DNA of 64,000 bases from Octopus vulgaris (GCA_951406725.2 OX597814.1:74338001-74402000); one strand, 5' to 3'. Shown: positions 11,976 to 25,744, counted from the first letter of the stretch. A program made the numbers and translations. The notes: generated by a model not told the origin, from the letters alone.

Positions 11976-13778
11976 TCATCATCATCATTTAACGTCTGCT
12001 TTCCATGCTAGCATGGGTTGGACGATTTGACTGAGGATTGGCGAACCAGATGGCTGCACCAGGATACAATCTGATCAGGCAGAGTTTCTACAATGCCCTT
12101 CCTAATGCCACCACTCCGAGAGTGTAGTGGGTGCTTTTATGAGCCACCAGCACTGGCAACAGCCATGCTCAAATGGTGTTTTTTACATGCCACCTGCACA
12201 GGAGCCAGTCCAGCAGCACTGGCAATGACCTTGCTCGAATGTTTTTTCACATGCCACTGGCACAGAAGCCAATCAGCTGCACTGGCAACAATCATGCTTG
12301 GATGGTGCTCTCAGCACTCCACTTGGCACGGGTGCCAGTCATCAAATTTGATTCGATTTCAGTTTCACTTGCCTCAACAGGTCTTTGCAGGAAGAGTTTA
12401 GTGTCTAATGAAGGAAAGGTATGCATAAGTGGGCTGGTTACACCCCTGGCATAGGTCTTGGGTTATGGTCTCACTTGGCTTGCCAGGTCTTCTCACGCAC
12501 TGCATATTTCCAAAGGTCTCGGTCACTAGTCATTGCCTCAGTGAGGCCTAATGCTCGATGGTTCTGCTTCACCACCTCATCCCAAGTTTTCCTGGGTCTA
12601 CCTCTTCCATGGGTTCCCTCAACCGCTAGGGTGTGGTACTTTTTCACACAGCTATTCTCATCCATTCTCACCACATGACCATACCAGCTAAGTCATCTCT
12701 CTTGCACACCAACTTTTCTCTCAAGGTATTTACACTGCCGAGTATGCACACAGACATTACACATCCATAGGATCATACTGGCTTCATTCCTTGCAAGCTT
12801 ACGCATGTCCTCAGCAGTCATGGCCCATGTTTCACTGCCATGTAGCATGGCTGGTCATACACATGCATCATACAGTCTACCTTTTACTCTGAGCAAGAGG
12901 CCCTTTGCCACCAGCAAAGGTAAGAGCTATCTGATCTTTGCCTGGGCTATTCTTATACTAGCAACTACACTTTCAGCACACCCTCCTCCATTACTGACTT
13001 GTTCACCTAGGTAACAGAAGCTATCAACCACTTCTAGTTTTTCTCCCTGGAATGTGGCAGAAGTTGTTCTCTGCACATTTTCCGTATTTATTGCTCCTGA
13101 GTATCTGCCATATACAAAAACTATCTTCCCAGTTAGCCTTCCTTTGATATTGCTGCACCTCTTATGTGTCCATAGCTTACACTGGGTACATCTTATAGAG
13201 TTTCTATCTACACCTTTTCTACAGATCGAGCAGGGCCATCTACCTGAAGGGATTTGTGGTTTGCCTGCCACCCTACTTATTAGGACTTTGGTTTTAGCTA
13301 GGTTGACTCTAAGGCCCTTCGATTCTAATCCTTGCTTCCACACCTGAAACTTTTCTTCTAGTTCTGATAGTGAGTCAATAATTAGAGTAAGGTCATCAGC
13401 ATAGAGGAGCTCCCAGGGGCATCCTGTCTTGAATTCCTCTGTTATTGCCAGGACTATGATAAATAGGAAGGGGCTGAGGACTGAACCATAGCAGACCCCT
13501 ATATCTACCCGTAATTCTTCACTGTACTCGTTGCCAACCTTCACCTTACTGACAGTGTCCCTGTACATGGCTTGCACAGCTCTCACTAACCATTCATCTA
13601 TCCCTAGTTTCCTCATTGACTACCAGATAAGCGATCTGGGGACCATGTCAAAGGCTTTCTCCATATCAACAAAAGACAGGTACAGAGGTTTATCTTTGGC
13701 TAGGTATTTCGCCTGCAGCTGTCTTACCAGAAATATAGCATCTCATCTAAACTGACTCTCTCCCTAATTAGCTGGGCT
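11976..13778 (-). mobile_element. 5'-truncated RTE-clade LINE
   Basis: RT fragment (ELLYADDL), Cys-rich segment, GRGRPRKTW C-terminus, 3' UTR repeats and (GAT)n tail. Confidence 0.93.
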
Positions 13779-13781
13779 ATG

Positions 13782-13852
<71 letters not shown>

Positions 13853-13868
13853 TTATATACACACACAC

Positions 13869-15104
13869 ACGAGGGGGGTACCCAAACCTGAATTTTGCAA
13901 TATAATTTTATTCACGCAGTTTTACATGTTTTTATCGCCTTCAAAGTATTCTCCATTTTGAAGCAATGCATTGGTCCAGATCCATTTTCCACTATTCAAA
14001 GCAGTCTTGGAACTCTTGCAAAGTGATGCCTTTTAATGCCTACCTCACTTTTTTCTTCAGCTCTTCCACATCTGCAACACGTTTACCTTAAAGAACTTTT
14101 TTCATTCGGGGAAACAGAAAAAAGTTGCAGGGAGCAAGATCGGACGAATAGGGAGGGAGGATAAGCAAGGTCATGCCGTTTTTGGCAAAAACTGTCTCAC
14201 ACCCAAGGTGGTGTGTGCAGGCGCATTGCCATGATGAAACCACCACTCTGCCACAGATTGAGAAAGTTTCATCTCACCACATCTCACAAACACTTCAGAA
14301 CTGTGAAGCAAAATGTCTGGTTAACCATTTGACCAAGAGTAAAATTGTGTGGACAATTCCTTTCACATCAATGAACAAATTAGCCTTGTATTGATATTGG
14401 ATTTTATTTATGCTTTTTGGGGCGTGGTGATATTGAATGCTTTCATTGACTTGATTGCTGCTTCATTTCCAGGTCATAGCCATAGCACCAGCTTTTATCA
14501 CCAGTGATGACCTTTGGAAAGAAATTTTGATCAACTTCCAGCTGTTCTTTCAGTTCATGACATGTATTCAGTCATGACTGCTTTAGATCTTCTGTGAGCA
14601 AGCAAGACACAAATTTTGTTGCAACTCTTCATTCGCAATTCCTCATTCAAAATTTGTTGGCAGGAGCTCCAGGATACACCAGTCATATCAATAAGTTTGT
14701 CAATTGTTCAGCGACAGTCCTCCAGGATCAGTTCACATGAATTTTCGTGATGTTTTCAATAGTTTGGGAGGTTGACGGTTGCCCTGAATGAGGTTGATCT
14801 TCAAATGACAAGTGAATATTTCTAAAGCAAGAAAACCACTCACATTTGTGTTTTGCGCATGGCTGCACCCTTGTAAGCTGTTTCAAGCATGACAACTGTT
14901 TTGGCTGCCGTTTTCCCTAGTAGAAAACAGGATTTTACAGAAGCACGCTGTTCCTTTGTTTCAACCATCGCAAAAATCAACCAATGGGAGAAGCACTGCA
15001 AAACAAAGAGACTGACACCTGAGGATCACGTCTAGAGGGCAGAAGCCTCAACAATGAGCTTGTCCCACAGAGAACATTTCTAGTTACTTTTGGGTACCCG
15101 CTCA
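13869..15104 (-). mobile_element. Degraded mariner DNA transposon
   Basis: Inverted termini gaggggg-tacccaaa / tttgggtacccgctc. The minus strand near 14100-14160 reads PPYSSDLAPCNFFLFPRMKK, matching the YSPDLAP motif. Confidence 0.8.
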
Positions 15105-15195
15105 TGCATAAATGTATATAATTAAATAATAAAAGCATTCACAACACTTGAAGTATTGTTCAACCTGCGGCTATAGTAGAAATCAGAAGACTCAC

Positions 15196-15306
15196 CCCTT
15201 CTTCGAAGGCCCACCGCTTGCTAACTTCTTCTTCGGTTTCTTTATGAACTGCTTGTCGAATTTCAATTATTTTTGCACGTAATTTATTTGCTTCCACTTC
15301 ATCTGA
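15196..15306 (-). CDS. PRPF39: PRPF39 exon (SDEVEANKLRAKIIEIR...EVSKRWAFEEG)
   Basis: tttttcag acceptor, gtgagt donor, 111 nt, phase 0 to 0. EVSKRWxFEEG motif. Confidence 0.96.
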
Positions 15307-15699
15307 CTGAAAAAAAAATTTCCAAGTACAAGAAATGAAACTTGATAGCTACAAATACATCTGAAAGGATAAACTTTATAACCTTAACTAGTTACTAATG
15401 GTCATTGACAAAAAGACTGTCCCCACAGATCCTTGACAAGGGAAAATGACTTGTTGGCATATGAAAACTTTAACAAGCCATGTGAACATCACAAAACATT
15501 TACTAATCAAAATCTTCAAAAACTACCTATATTTAAGTTAAAATTGACTTATAAAAACACTTATAATTTAATAATTCAAGAACTTGGTTTTATTCTGTAA
15601 AGTCTTAAGCATGACTAAATTCATATCTTGCACAAGGTGTGATATGGCTTAATACAATAATTGATATAATTAACCATAAAACTGTGTGATTAAAGCAAT

Positions 15700-15862
15700 A
15701 ACAGGGTCCGTATGTGGCATCCGCTTCTTCGGGGAATGATCTCCCTTTGCAGGATAGAGGACACCGTGATGGTGTCAAGCCTATCTGGTGACGTTGATGA
15801 TCGCCTGGGGCTAAATGCATCAGTAACACCCCCACCGCCCTGCCCCTAGCCACATTCAAATG
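15700..15862. repeat. GC-rich interspersed repeat, second partial copy at 46131-46215
   Basis: Shared sequence ggtgacgtYgatgatcgcctggggctaaatgcatcagtaacacccc...ccctagccacattca. Confidence 0.8.
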
Positions 15863-16475
15863 GTTAATGTCCCTTTTGTTATGGAGCAGTTACTGTCTAT
15901 ATCTCGTTTAGAGAATTATTATAATTACTTGTATGTTATGTGTAATGTAAACAATACAATAATTCTTGACAATTTTACAATTCCATTGTACTTGGATTGG
16001 GTGAGGCTTCAGAGAAATGAAGAAACAAATTGCTATATTGATGTTTTTCTAAAATAAGGTAGCCGATAGATCTAATTTATACACATAAAAAAAATCACAT
16101 TACATTATCTATTAAGAATAAAATAAGTAGATCTAACTGCAACTTCTAGGAATATGATGCATTTAATGTGCATAAGTGTTCAAGCAAAATGCACAGCTCT
16201 TTTCAGAGATTTGCTGTTAAAGCACAAATTAAATACAAGGTACTAAATTGCAGGTAAATGAAGTTTAATAAAGTCTTATTACCAGTCTATGTTGAAATTT
16301 TAGAAGATTTATCAAAACATGAAAAGAAATATATATATATATATATTAGTTTGATGCTCAGGAAAATGAAAACGACTTTTACATTTTGAGCCTACAGTCT
16401 TCAACAGAAGGAATAAGAGAAAATAAACAGAGAGAATGAAAAAAAAAACTAATAGATTTCAGCGGTCCAGCATAC

Positions 16476-16656
16476 CTTTCCACCTTCACTTTCTACACCA
16501 GGAGGTGCTTCTTCAGTCAACTGTTGATCATCAGGACCATCCTCTTCCTCAGCAGAACAATCAGATCGTTTGGCTAATACTTCTTCTCTCAGTTTAAAGA
16601 ACTCGTCTAGAGATAAGATTTCTTTGGGATGATGACTATTTATAAAGGATTTAAAA
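16476..16656 (-). CDS. PRPF39: PRPF39 exon (FKSFINSHHPKEILSLDEFFKLREE...EAPPGVESEGGK)
   Basis: tttttccag acceptor, gtatgc donor, 181 nt, phase 2 to 0. Confidence 0.95.
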
Positions 16657-17756
16657 CTGGAAAAATAAAAAGAAACAAAAAAAAGGCAAATTTTTTTTAG
16701 TATATAACCCAAATTGCATTTACTAAATATAAAATTTAATGGAAAGGGAAAGACAAAGAGATGGGATTTATATTTACTGTATTACCATCTCTCTTGTATA
16801 GGCTCCCTGTTGTCATTTTCCCTTCCTCTTATATTGTCAAAGAATCAAGTTCTAGATTTACATTCTGAACCAGACTGCTCTCCTCAAATCACCCTTGGAA
16901 TCAACTTGGCTATAGGCTCACCCCTTTCCATGTAGTGATCTCTGATATGGAAAAAAAAATAAGCAAAAGATTTTATACTATATCAAGAATAAAATTAACT
17001 CTAGTAGATCTTATGTGCAACTTCTTGAATATGATGTATTTAATGTGCATATCAATGTTTAAAGTTTTATCATCTAGCTCAGTGTGCAGGTCCTTTCAGA
17101 GATTTGTTGTCAAAACAATTAAACACACAAAGTACTGTCTAATTATTGTGAACAGTCACTTAGCTAGTGATTTTCAGTTCTATTCTATGGGTTTTAGGGT
17201 TACTATAAATGTAATGTAAATGAGGAACCTAACGCACTGATTTAGTAAAAGCAGGTGCTTTAAATTCCACTTTTCCCACCAGTGATATGATAAACTTCTA
17301 CAGTTAAAATGTCCCTAAAAACTTCTAGATTGCAGTCTAATTAATGGTAGTCAATGTTTTAACACATGATTTAAAAATTAAACAGCTTCAAACTCTAGGA
17401 TTTGATAATTATAGTAATATCAAGAAAGCAAGAAATTATTTATAATTAATGCAGAAGAAGCACTTCCATAATCTTTGAATTCTAACAGATGAGTATAATG
17501 AAAAGCCAGTTATGTGGGGATGAAACAGGAGAGATTGTTTCCTTTATAATTAAAAGCCATTCTTTATAAATAATTTATATTTTACATTAAAATATTTGGA
17601 AAATATGTTATTAGTTCTGTTTTTAAGGCTTATAAAATAGAGGTGAATTAACAGAAGCAAAGAAGGAATTGTGACATTTTAAGTTATATACACACTGACA
17701 CATACATATATAATTTACACATATGTACACACACACATACATGTATACATACATAA

Positions 17757-18910
17757 ATGAAGTTCAGGTTTGTGCCAGGACAGAATCCCACCAATGCCAT
17801 CTTCCTAGTGAGACAACTACAGAAGTTATTAGCAAAGAGCAAGCCACTATACTTAGCATTCACTGTTCTGGAGGTCTTTGACAAGGTACCATGCTCTGTA
17901 GTTTGTTGGTCACTAAAAAAAACTTAGGTGTAGATGAATGGCTTGTGATAGCTGTGCAAGCCATGCACAGAGATGCTGTCAGCAAGCAGAGAATTCAGTA
18001 AGGAATTTAGTGTGCAGGTTGGTGCTCATCAGGGCTCAGTTCTCAACCCTCTTCAGTTCATTAAAGTTCTCCAGGCCATAACAGAGGAGTTCAAGACCAG
18101 CTTCTTTGAGAACTTCTGTATGCCAATGATATAGTTCTCGTAAGTGAATCTGTTGAAGATTTAGTGGAGAAATTCCTAACATGGAAGCAAAGTCTAGATT
18201 GAGAAGCCTCAAAGTAAACCTAGTAAAGAAAAAAGTTTTAGTTAGCAAGAAAGATAGGATTAAAGTCACCTGGGAAGTAGACATGCTCAATATGCAGAAA
18301 ATGATAAATAAGAATTCAATATGGTATAAGCTATGAGTGAACAAAATATATAGTGGAATTACAAGAGAAGAAAAACTTAGAGAAAAATTATATATGTAAT
18401 AGTTGCACAGGAGTAGTTAGCCATAACAGCAGTTGTGAGAAAATACTTGGCTTGGAAGACTCTCTATAAGTAGTTGACAGCTTTTTGTTTACTATGAGAC
18501 CTCTAATTAGCTTTGAAAGTAGAGAAGCCAGAGTAAGCATGGAATTGTAGGAAGATCACAGAGTTAATCTTGCTGGCAACAAGATTCACTTTTCAAGCGA
18601 ATGGTAGATTGTGTGATGCATGCATATGAAATGTGAGGATGTGTTACAAGAGAAACATGGGTACTAAATGTAGAGGATGTATGAAAGAAATGGGACAAAT
18701 ATATGTCACTGGAACGACAGAGCAAAGATGAGGTGAGAGACGAGCTGGGTTTAAAAGGAATTGGCTGTAATGTGTAAGAGTGAAGACTGTACTAGTGTAG
18801 ACACCTGACACATATAGATGACAATAGGGTGTACAGAAGTACCAAACAATCTAAGTGGAAGGACACTGCAGAAGAGAGAATACATAGGAACAACTTCATG
18901 AATGAGATGA
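17757..18910 (+). mobile_element. Old degraded RTE LINE fragment (RT to C-terminus)
   Basis: Collinear with 40485-41750 (gtgccagg..ccac..atgc..tcttcctagtgagacaactacag). Many stops. Confidence 0.85.
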
Positions 18911-19233
18911 CAGAGAAGCATAAGTCCTAACTTATGATTCGTCGTCTAGATAAATTCTGTCCTGCCTACACAAACATAGAAAGAGGGGGGATATATATAT
19001 ATATATAAATAGAAATGATGCATACACACATTCAACAGGTGTATTTGTATGCATGTATAAAACCACACATACATAGTGGCAGAGTTGTTAGAATACCTCA
19101 TGGTATTTGCTCCAACTCTCTGCCCTCCCAGTTTAAATCCATCAAGGTCAACTTTGTGTTTCACATTTTATAGATGAAGAATTGATCCAATCCAGGTGAA
19201 TTGGCAGTACTGTTAGAGTACCAGATGAGATAC

Positions 19234-19393
19234 CTTGTGACATTTGTTTTGGTTTTTTTGCCATCTGACAGTAATGCCTGTGGAGTCACTAATGCCATCA
19301 TGCCAAACTGTATTGGCTTGTTATCTGACTTCCTCTTTGACAGCAATTGACAGTGTGGAGAAGGGAGATTTGCACACATGGGTAGCCACTAAT
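19234..19393 (-). other. Candidate 160-nt stop-containing cassette exon of PRPF39
   Basis: A pyrimidine tract of about 55 nt, then gaag|ATTAG; donor CAAG|gtatct. In-frame TAA when joined to the phase-2 upstream exon. Confidence 0.4.
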
Positions 19394-19735
19394 CTTCAAA
19401 AAGGAAAATAAGGAAGGAAGAAAAAAAGAAAAAAAAAAGAAGAAAAAAGAAACTTGGCCCGGGCTTTTGCCTTGAAGAAGATGCACTCTTGACTGAAAGC
19501 CCAGCCATTCATATACACCAGAAAAGCATAAATTTCATACATTCACATTGTGCCCAACAGCTGTTTCATGATAAACACCATCAAACTGTATTTCCCCAAA
19601 TCATCAGGAATGTAATGTGTTGATCAGAAAATCATTAATGTTTTAAAAACACTGAGACAATACAATGAGAAGTAGCAGAAGAAAATGAATAAGGAGTCCA
19701 TCGATAAATATAAAATATGTAAATACATCTGTCTC

Positions 19736-19781
<46 letters not shown>

Positions 19782-21185
19782 CACACACACACACGTAAAT
19801 GATTGCGTCTGACCCAAGTGAGCATGGGAAAGTGGACATTAACATGATATACACTCAAACTATACCTATATACATAGATAGGTATATGCATAAATAGGAA
19901 TTCAATGCAGTCCTTGGGCATACTGGTTCCTGTCATACCAATCCGTGTGCCAGCATGGAACATGGACATATGATAATGATGACACATAAAACATGCATAT
20001 ACAAACAAAATATAAAATGTACATAGATACAAAAAGAAGCAAAACTACTAATTAAGAAAAGAAAAAATATATAAACAAAATGCAATTGAAATAAATATAT
20101 TACTGCACACACTCACCAATACATGTATATAGATACAAAACACTAAATGCTATAAAAGATGAAGGTGAGCTATCCACATTTCTAGCATCAAAATATAACG
20201 GTACTCTTGGAAAAGGCTAACAAAAAAAGTGATGTTATATACATATACTAGAACTTGAAGTATACATACATATTGACACACACATAAATGTAAATACATA
20301 CATACTCATATACACATATTTATGGAACACAAAGAAAACTATACTTAAAATTCATATAACACACAAACATATAGAGAGTGTGATAAATACAATACATATG
20401 AATTTTTAAAATCAATTCAGATTCTATGTGATGTGCCATATTTAGCAAATGACAATTAAGATCAGCACCTTGAGATGGGGAAATAATTGCAAGAATCAAG
20501 ATTTCTCCAACATTGAAATGCCGTTCAAGAAAAGCGCAGGCTTATTGTCTGAAGATAAGAGGACAGTCGTGGATGTATCTTTGCCTTTGGTTACTGTATT
20601 TAGAAAAAGGATAGGTATTTAACTGTCAATAGATCATTATAATTTCATATTAGAATTAAATTATTTTAGCTGGCTTTGATGGTCTCCAGAATCTCACATA
20701 CACATAACTGGAAACTTTTACCACCACAAGAATTTGCAGATTTTAGAATAGAACATTCTAAACCATAAAGAATCTTTTTAGCCTTCAAATCGAAAATATA
20801 TTCAACAAAGGATGTAGAGTTTTTTAAGGTATCTTTAGAAAATGAATCGCAATGCTAATAATACACTCTTTTGAAATTAGAAGTGGAACCAACATAGAAT
20901 TTAGAGATTTGTGGGCTTTAACAGTACATTTATAAACATTATTACTTTTGCAGAAACCATTCTATGGACAATTAACTTTCACTCAACATTTACACAGAGT
21001 TTTATTAGAGTTTGTAAAAAAAATTGTTATCTTTGATAGAAGAAATTTTATTATTTCTAACTTTAGTTACCTTTAATTTTTTTAATGAAAATGAGTGTGT
21101 GGTGATATGTTTATTTTCATTCTATTTATTTCTACATCCCTTTTTCATCAGGTTTACTTCTGCTAGTATGCATGTACATGTATTA

Positions 21186-21251
<66 letters not shown>

Positions 21252-22147
21252 GAAAATGGAGATATAGCTTTTAATTTTCTTTTGAATGATTATAAACCAT
21301 GATTTATATATAGACCCATCATTTTATGAATATTACTATCCTTTAATGAGGCTAATTTAACATCTAATTGTGTATGTATGTATATATACGTATACACTAA
21401 CTTAAAAGCCTCTTGATATGGTGGCTTTTAAGCTGGCTCCTGCAGAGTGCTCTTCATTGGGCCTTGGGCCCAACAATGATACTTCATGCATTGAGTACCT
21501 ATTAAATTTTATTAAACTTGAACAATATTTTTCAAGCAATGAACAATTTTCATCAAAACAATAATTTGTCGAATTTGCATGACAAACATTTTTAGTCTTC
21601 CCATTCGAGGGTCAGTACAATTTTTTTCTATCTACTATCTAACCTCTTTCTCTCTCCCTCTCTTACCATTGATTGTTAACAACCCTCACCAGTACCACCA
21701 CCATAACTGCCATACACACACCAGACTTCTAATGCCACCACCATCAATACTTTTGATTTCATCGCCTTCCCCTCCATCACAACCACCACTGTTTCACTAT
21801 CATCATCACAGCTGCCTCCACGTCTATCAGAACTACAGCTCATACTATTACCGGGGTTTTCCGAAAATCTGCCCACGGGCTGTTAAATGGAAAATTCTAT
21901 TTTACAAAACTATTTTCTTCACCGTCTCTATGCCTATTATTACTCTCACCCCAGCACGAAGAAGTGTCATGGAATAGTGACGGATTGGGGGTGGGTGGGT
22001 GACAAAAACACACAGAATTTAGTTTGTACATTAATGATATTAGATATATATATATGCATGCACATATAGATATTTATACACTTTTGTATATTTAGGATTT
22101 TTTCCTTTTTCCTTCTTACTGTAGTCTGTCCTTTTTGTCTCAATGTA

Positions 22148-22973
22148 CAGGGTGCGATGGGTAGATTGTTGCCATTTTATATTTTCAATTTTGCACATGT
22201 GCAATGTTTGTTTTTGATTTTGTCAACTACACAGTATTGTAGGGTGAGTTGGGCACCACCTGTGACAAAAACAGCACCATGATGCAATTCAGTCTGCAAG
22301 AAATTTGGAAACAACATGCTGTACTGCTTGGCATTCACACCAGAAGCTCCAATATGAACAGATGGTGAATACACAGAACAACTGTTGGCTTGCCATGTTC
22401 CTAAAACATGTATTGAGAGATCACTAATGATGGTGACATAATGCCTCCATTCATCTTCCCACATGGCCTCAAACTCAATATGGAGGCCTACATCAAGTGG
22501 TTGGAGGAGGTAGTGCTGCCCTGGGTTAAGAGGGTGGGTGCTCAAAAACACTATGTCTGGCAACAGGACTCTGCACCATGCCACACAAGCAGAAGAACCC
22601 AGTCACGACTGTCAGACAATTTCTGCAACCATATCACCACCAACACCTGGCCAACTAACTCCCCAAGCCACAACCCTCTTGATTATTATGTGTGGGGTGC
22701 AGTTGAATGAGAGACCTACAAAACCCCTCGTAACACCAAAGACAAGGATTATGGCAGTATTCACCAACTTAAACAAGGAAACTGCCCAGAAGAGTTGCAG
22801 GAGATTCTGAAGTCGTCTGGAGGCCATGGTTGAAGCCAATGGCAATTTTATTGAATAAATTTACTCTATTTCAAGATATTTTTATGTAATTTTGGTAAAT
22901 ACATCTGTTAAAAAGAGATGTCAGTGGTATTTTCATTTTTGTGTAATTTAGATAATATATTCACTGCACCCTG
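22148..22973 (+). mobile_element. Internally deleted Tc1/mariner-superfamily transposon
   Basis: TA-CAGGGTGC ... GCACCCTG-TA termini. DDE remnant WQQDSAPCH...WPTNSPSHNPLDYYVWG. Confidence 0.9.
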
Positions 22974-23166
22974 TATTTAAACCAGTAACAGATTTCCGAT
23001 TAACATAACATTCCTGATGATTTAGGTGAACACACAAAATAATTTGACTTGATTTAAATTATATATTACAATTATTGTAATTATATATTTGGCAGTGTTT
23101 ATGTTATTGAAACAGCTGTTGAGCACAAATTATGAATTATATGAAAATTATGCTTTTCTGTGTATG

Positions 23167-23212
<46 letters not shown>

Positions 23213-24146
23213 CACATGCAAGTTGGTCCCAGTTGGGTTTACTGCAATGTAATGATCTATTAATAACTGAGCTCTTAATTATGGTGGATTAATTCTTTGA
23301 AGTTTATCAATTACACACACACACACACATATGCATATCTGGTGATGCTCCAATATGATTACACTCTAATGACTGAAAGCAGTAAAAGTATATACATATA
23401 TGTATAATTTTTTGGTTTATTTAGTACATGAAAGTACTGTGGCTGCCTAACAAAGAAACTCTATAATAACTGCTATTCTACTCCAATTGTAAACAAAAGC
23501 AGCAAACACTTTTCAAACTACACACTAATACTGAAATTATTATTAAAATTAAAACAAGACCTTCATAATGCATAATAGATGACAGCTGGCACCAATGACC
23601 AAGTGACCATTCAAAAACACAGCAAACAGTGACTGAACAAGAGTAAGGTTTGGAAATGTTACGTTATTTATCTTACATGTAAATTATGCACAACTACAAA
23701 TTTATGCTATGCAACTGCATATTGAGAACTAGAGTGCTATAGAAAAATAAACCCTTCCAATGTAATAGGAATGAGCCGCTAAAATAATTTAGTAAGACAA
23801 ACAGTTATGGATCCAGGTAAAATTAAGACAAGGTGCAATGACTAAATGGAAAAGTTGTTGAATTTGGAGAATGAATGGCAACATACAGAACCATTCTAGA
23901 AGCAGTAGCATAGATAACCAAGTAAGAAGATGAAGTGATAAGTGAAGAATGGAAAGGTAAAAGAATAGGCTGCACGAAGTTAAAGTATGAAGAAAATGAC
24001 AGATCTGTAAACTGATGTTGAAAGAAGGTAGTAATCCGGTGGGTTAAGAGGTGAATACTGTCAGGTCTTTGTACAAAGGAAAAGGCAATCCCCTTCCTTC
24101 CACTGTGGGTCATATAGAGTAATTAAGTTATTGGAGCATTGAATTA

Positions 24147-25208
24147 CCATATTTTCCGGTGTATAAGCTGCTATATTTTACCTGGGAAATTAAGTGTGCG
24201 GCTTATAGAAAGGTGCATCTAATGTGTGTATTTTTTATAAGTTTCAGGAGGAAAGTAATTTATGTATGGAGATCGAATGATTCCACTGATTGTTTTTTCA
24301 GAGGAAAGGTTGATTGGTGAACAACATCATCATCATCATCGTTTAGTGTCCGCTTTCCATGCTAGCATGGGTTGGACGGTTCAACTGGGGTCTGTGAAGC
24401 CAGGAGGCTGCATCAGGCCCAGTCTGATCTGGCAGTGTTTCTACGGCTGGATGCCCTTCCTAACGCCAACCACTCCGTGAATGTAGTGGGTGCTTTTTAC
24501 GTGCCACCCGCACAGGTGCCAGACGGAGCTGGCAAATGACCACAGACGGATGGTGCTTTTTACGTGCCACGAACGGATGGTGCTTTTTACGTGTCACCGG
24601 CACGGAGGCCAGTCGGGGTGGCGCTGGCAACGGCCACGATCGGATGGTTCGCTTACTTGTCACCGGCACTGGTATCACAGCCGCAATTTCCATTGATGTC
24701 GATCGACTTCGATTTTGGTTCTGCTTTCTGATATCTGATTTGATTTGGTTTGATTTTGATTTTCACTTGCCTCAATGGGTCTTCACAAGTGGAGTTTTGT
24801 GTCCCAAGAAGGAAAGGTGTGTATAAGTCGACTAGCTACATACCAGGTAGAGGCCACGTGAAAGACTACTGCTACAGTACATTGGTACCCAGAAGAAAAC
24901 AAAGCACATTTGTTTTGTTTTACCATCACATTTTGATAATGTCATTTTTAATCTAATAAAGACTTTAATATTGACAAAATGTGTTTGTTGTTGATTATAT
25001 TAAGATAAAATCATAACATCTCATAGTTGTAAAATAAGGCATTTTGAAACTACATACACATCAACAACAAAAACGCTAGCTGCGGACCTGTAGCTCTATA
25101 GGTCTTTTAAACACCGGTGCACTTCATGTGTGGATAAAACCAAAATTTCCCCCCAAATCCAGCTCTGCAGCTTAAATACCAATGTGTTTTATAGACCGGA
25201 AAATATGG
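24147..25208. mobile_element. pogo/Tigger-like non-autonomous DNA element with a nested RTE 3' end
   Basis: TIRs CCATATTTTCCGGTgTATAA / TTATAgACCGGAAAATATGG, TA on the left flank. Confidence 0.75.
24325..24859 (-). mobile_element. RTE LINE 3' UTR fragment
   Basis: (CAT)n on the plus strand, ccgctttccatgctagcatgggttggacgg terminal motif, gtgccaccggcac repeats. Confidence 0.9.
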
Positions 25209-25744
25209 AAATGTATTAGAAAGAATCTTAGATGACATGGAAAAAAATGAAGATGAAATGCAATTTGCATTTATCTGATGAAAAGGAACACTTAATATAA
25301 ATTTTTATTGTAAGACAATTCAGTCACAGGTGAAATACAAGAGAAAGAAATGGTTAAGCTTGTTGATCAAGAGAAAGTTTTTAATACCATCTATGTGCAG
25401 TGATGACATGTATATTAAGAGTCAGGAGTGGAAGTATGGTTGGTTTAGAGTGGTCAAGTATGAGAAGTATGCAAAGGATGAATTTGAAATGAAAATTTGA
25501 GTACATCAAAGGTTAGTATTAAGCCAACTTACTGTTTGTCATTGTGATGGTGCTCATTCAAAGCATAAAAAAAGGTTTATCATGAGAGTGTACAACTCTC
25601 ATGATAACCTTATATCAACAGTCGAGTGTATGAATGGATTGAAGATGAGTAGGTCAAAGAAATGTATGAAAGCAAAAGATTTGAAAGTGAATATGAGGGA
25701 AGTGGCAGTGTGCAGAAGTAAACTATTAAACATAGAATATGTAC

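Noticed and set aside
16371-16410. Hammerhead-like remnant on the minus strand (ctgTTGAAGA...ctcAAAAtgTA)
   Set aside because: GAAA and stem II are broken. It is too degenerate to call from this copy.
19310-20555. Peptide SDNKP encoded in both exon-like islands with synonymous differences
   Set aside because: It is only five residues, in frames incompatible with PRPF39 splicing. Most likely chance.
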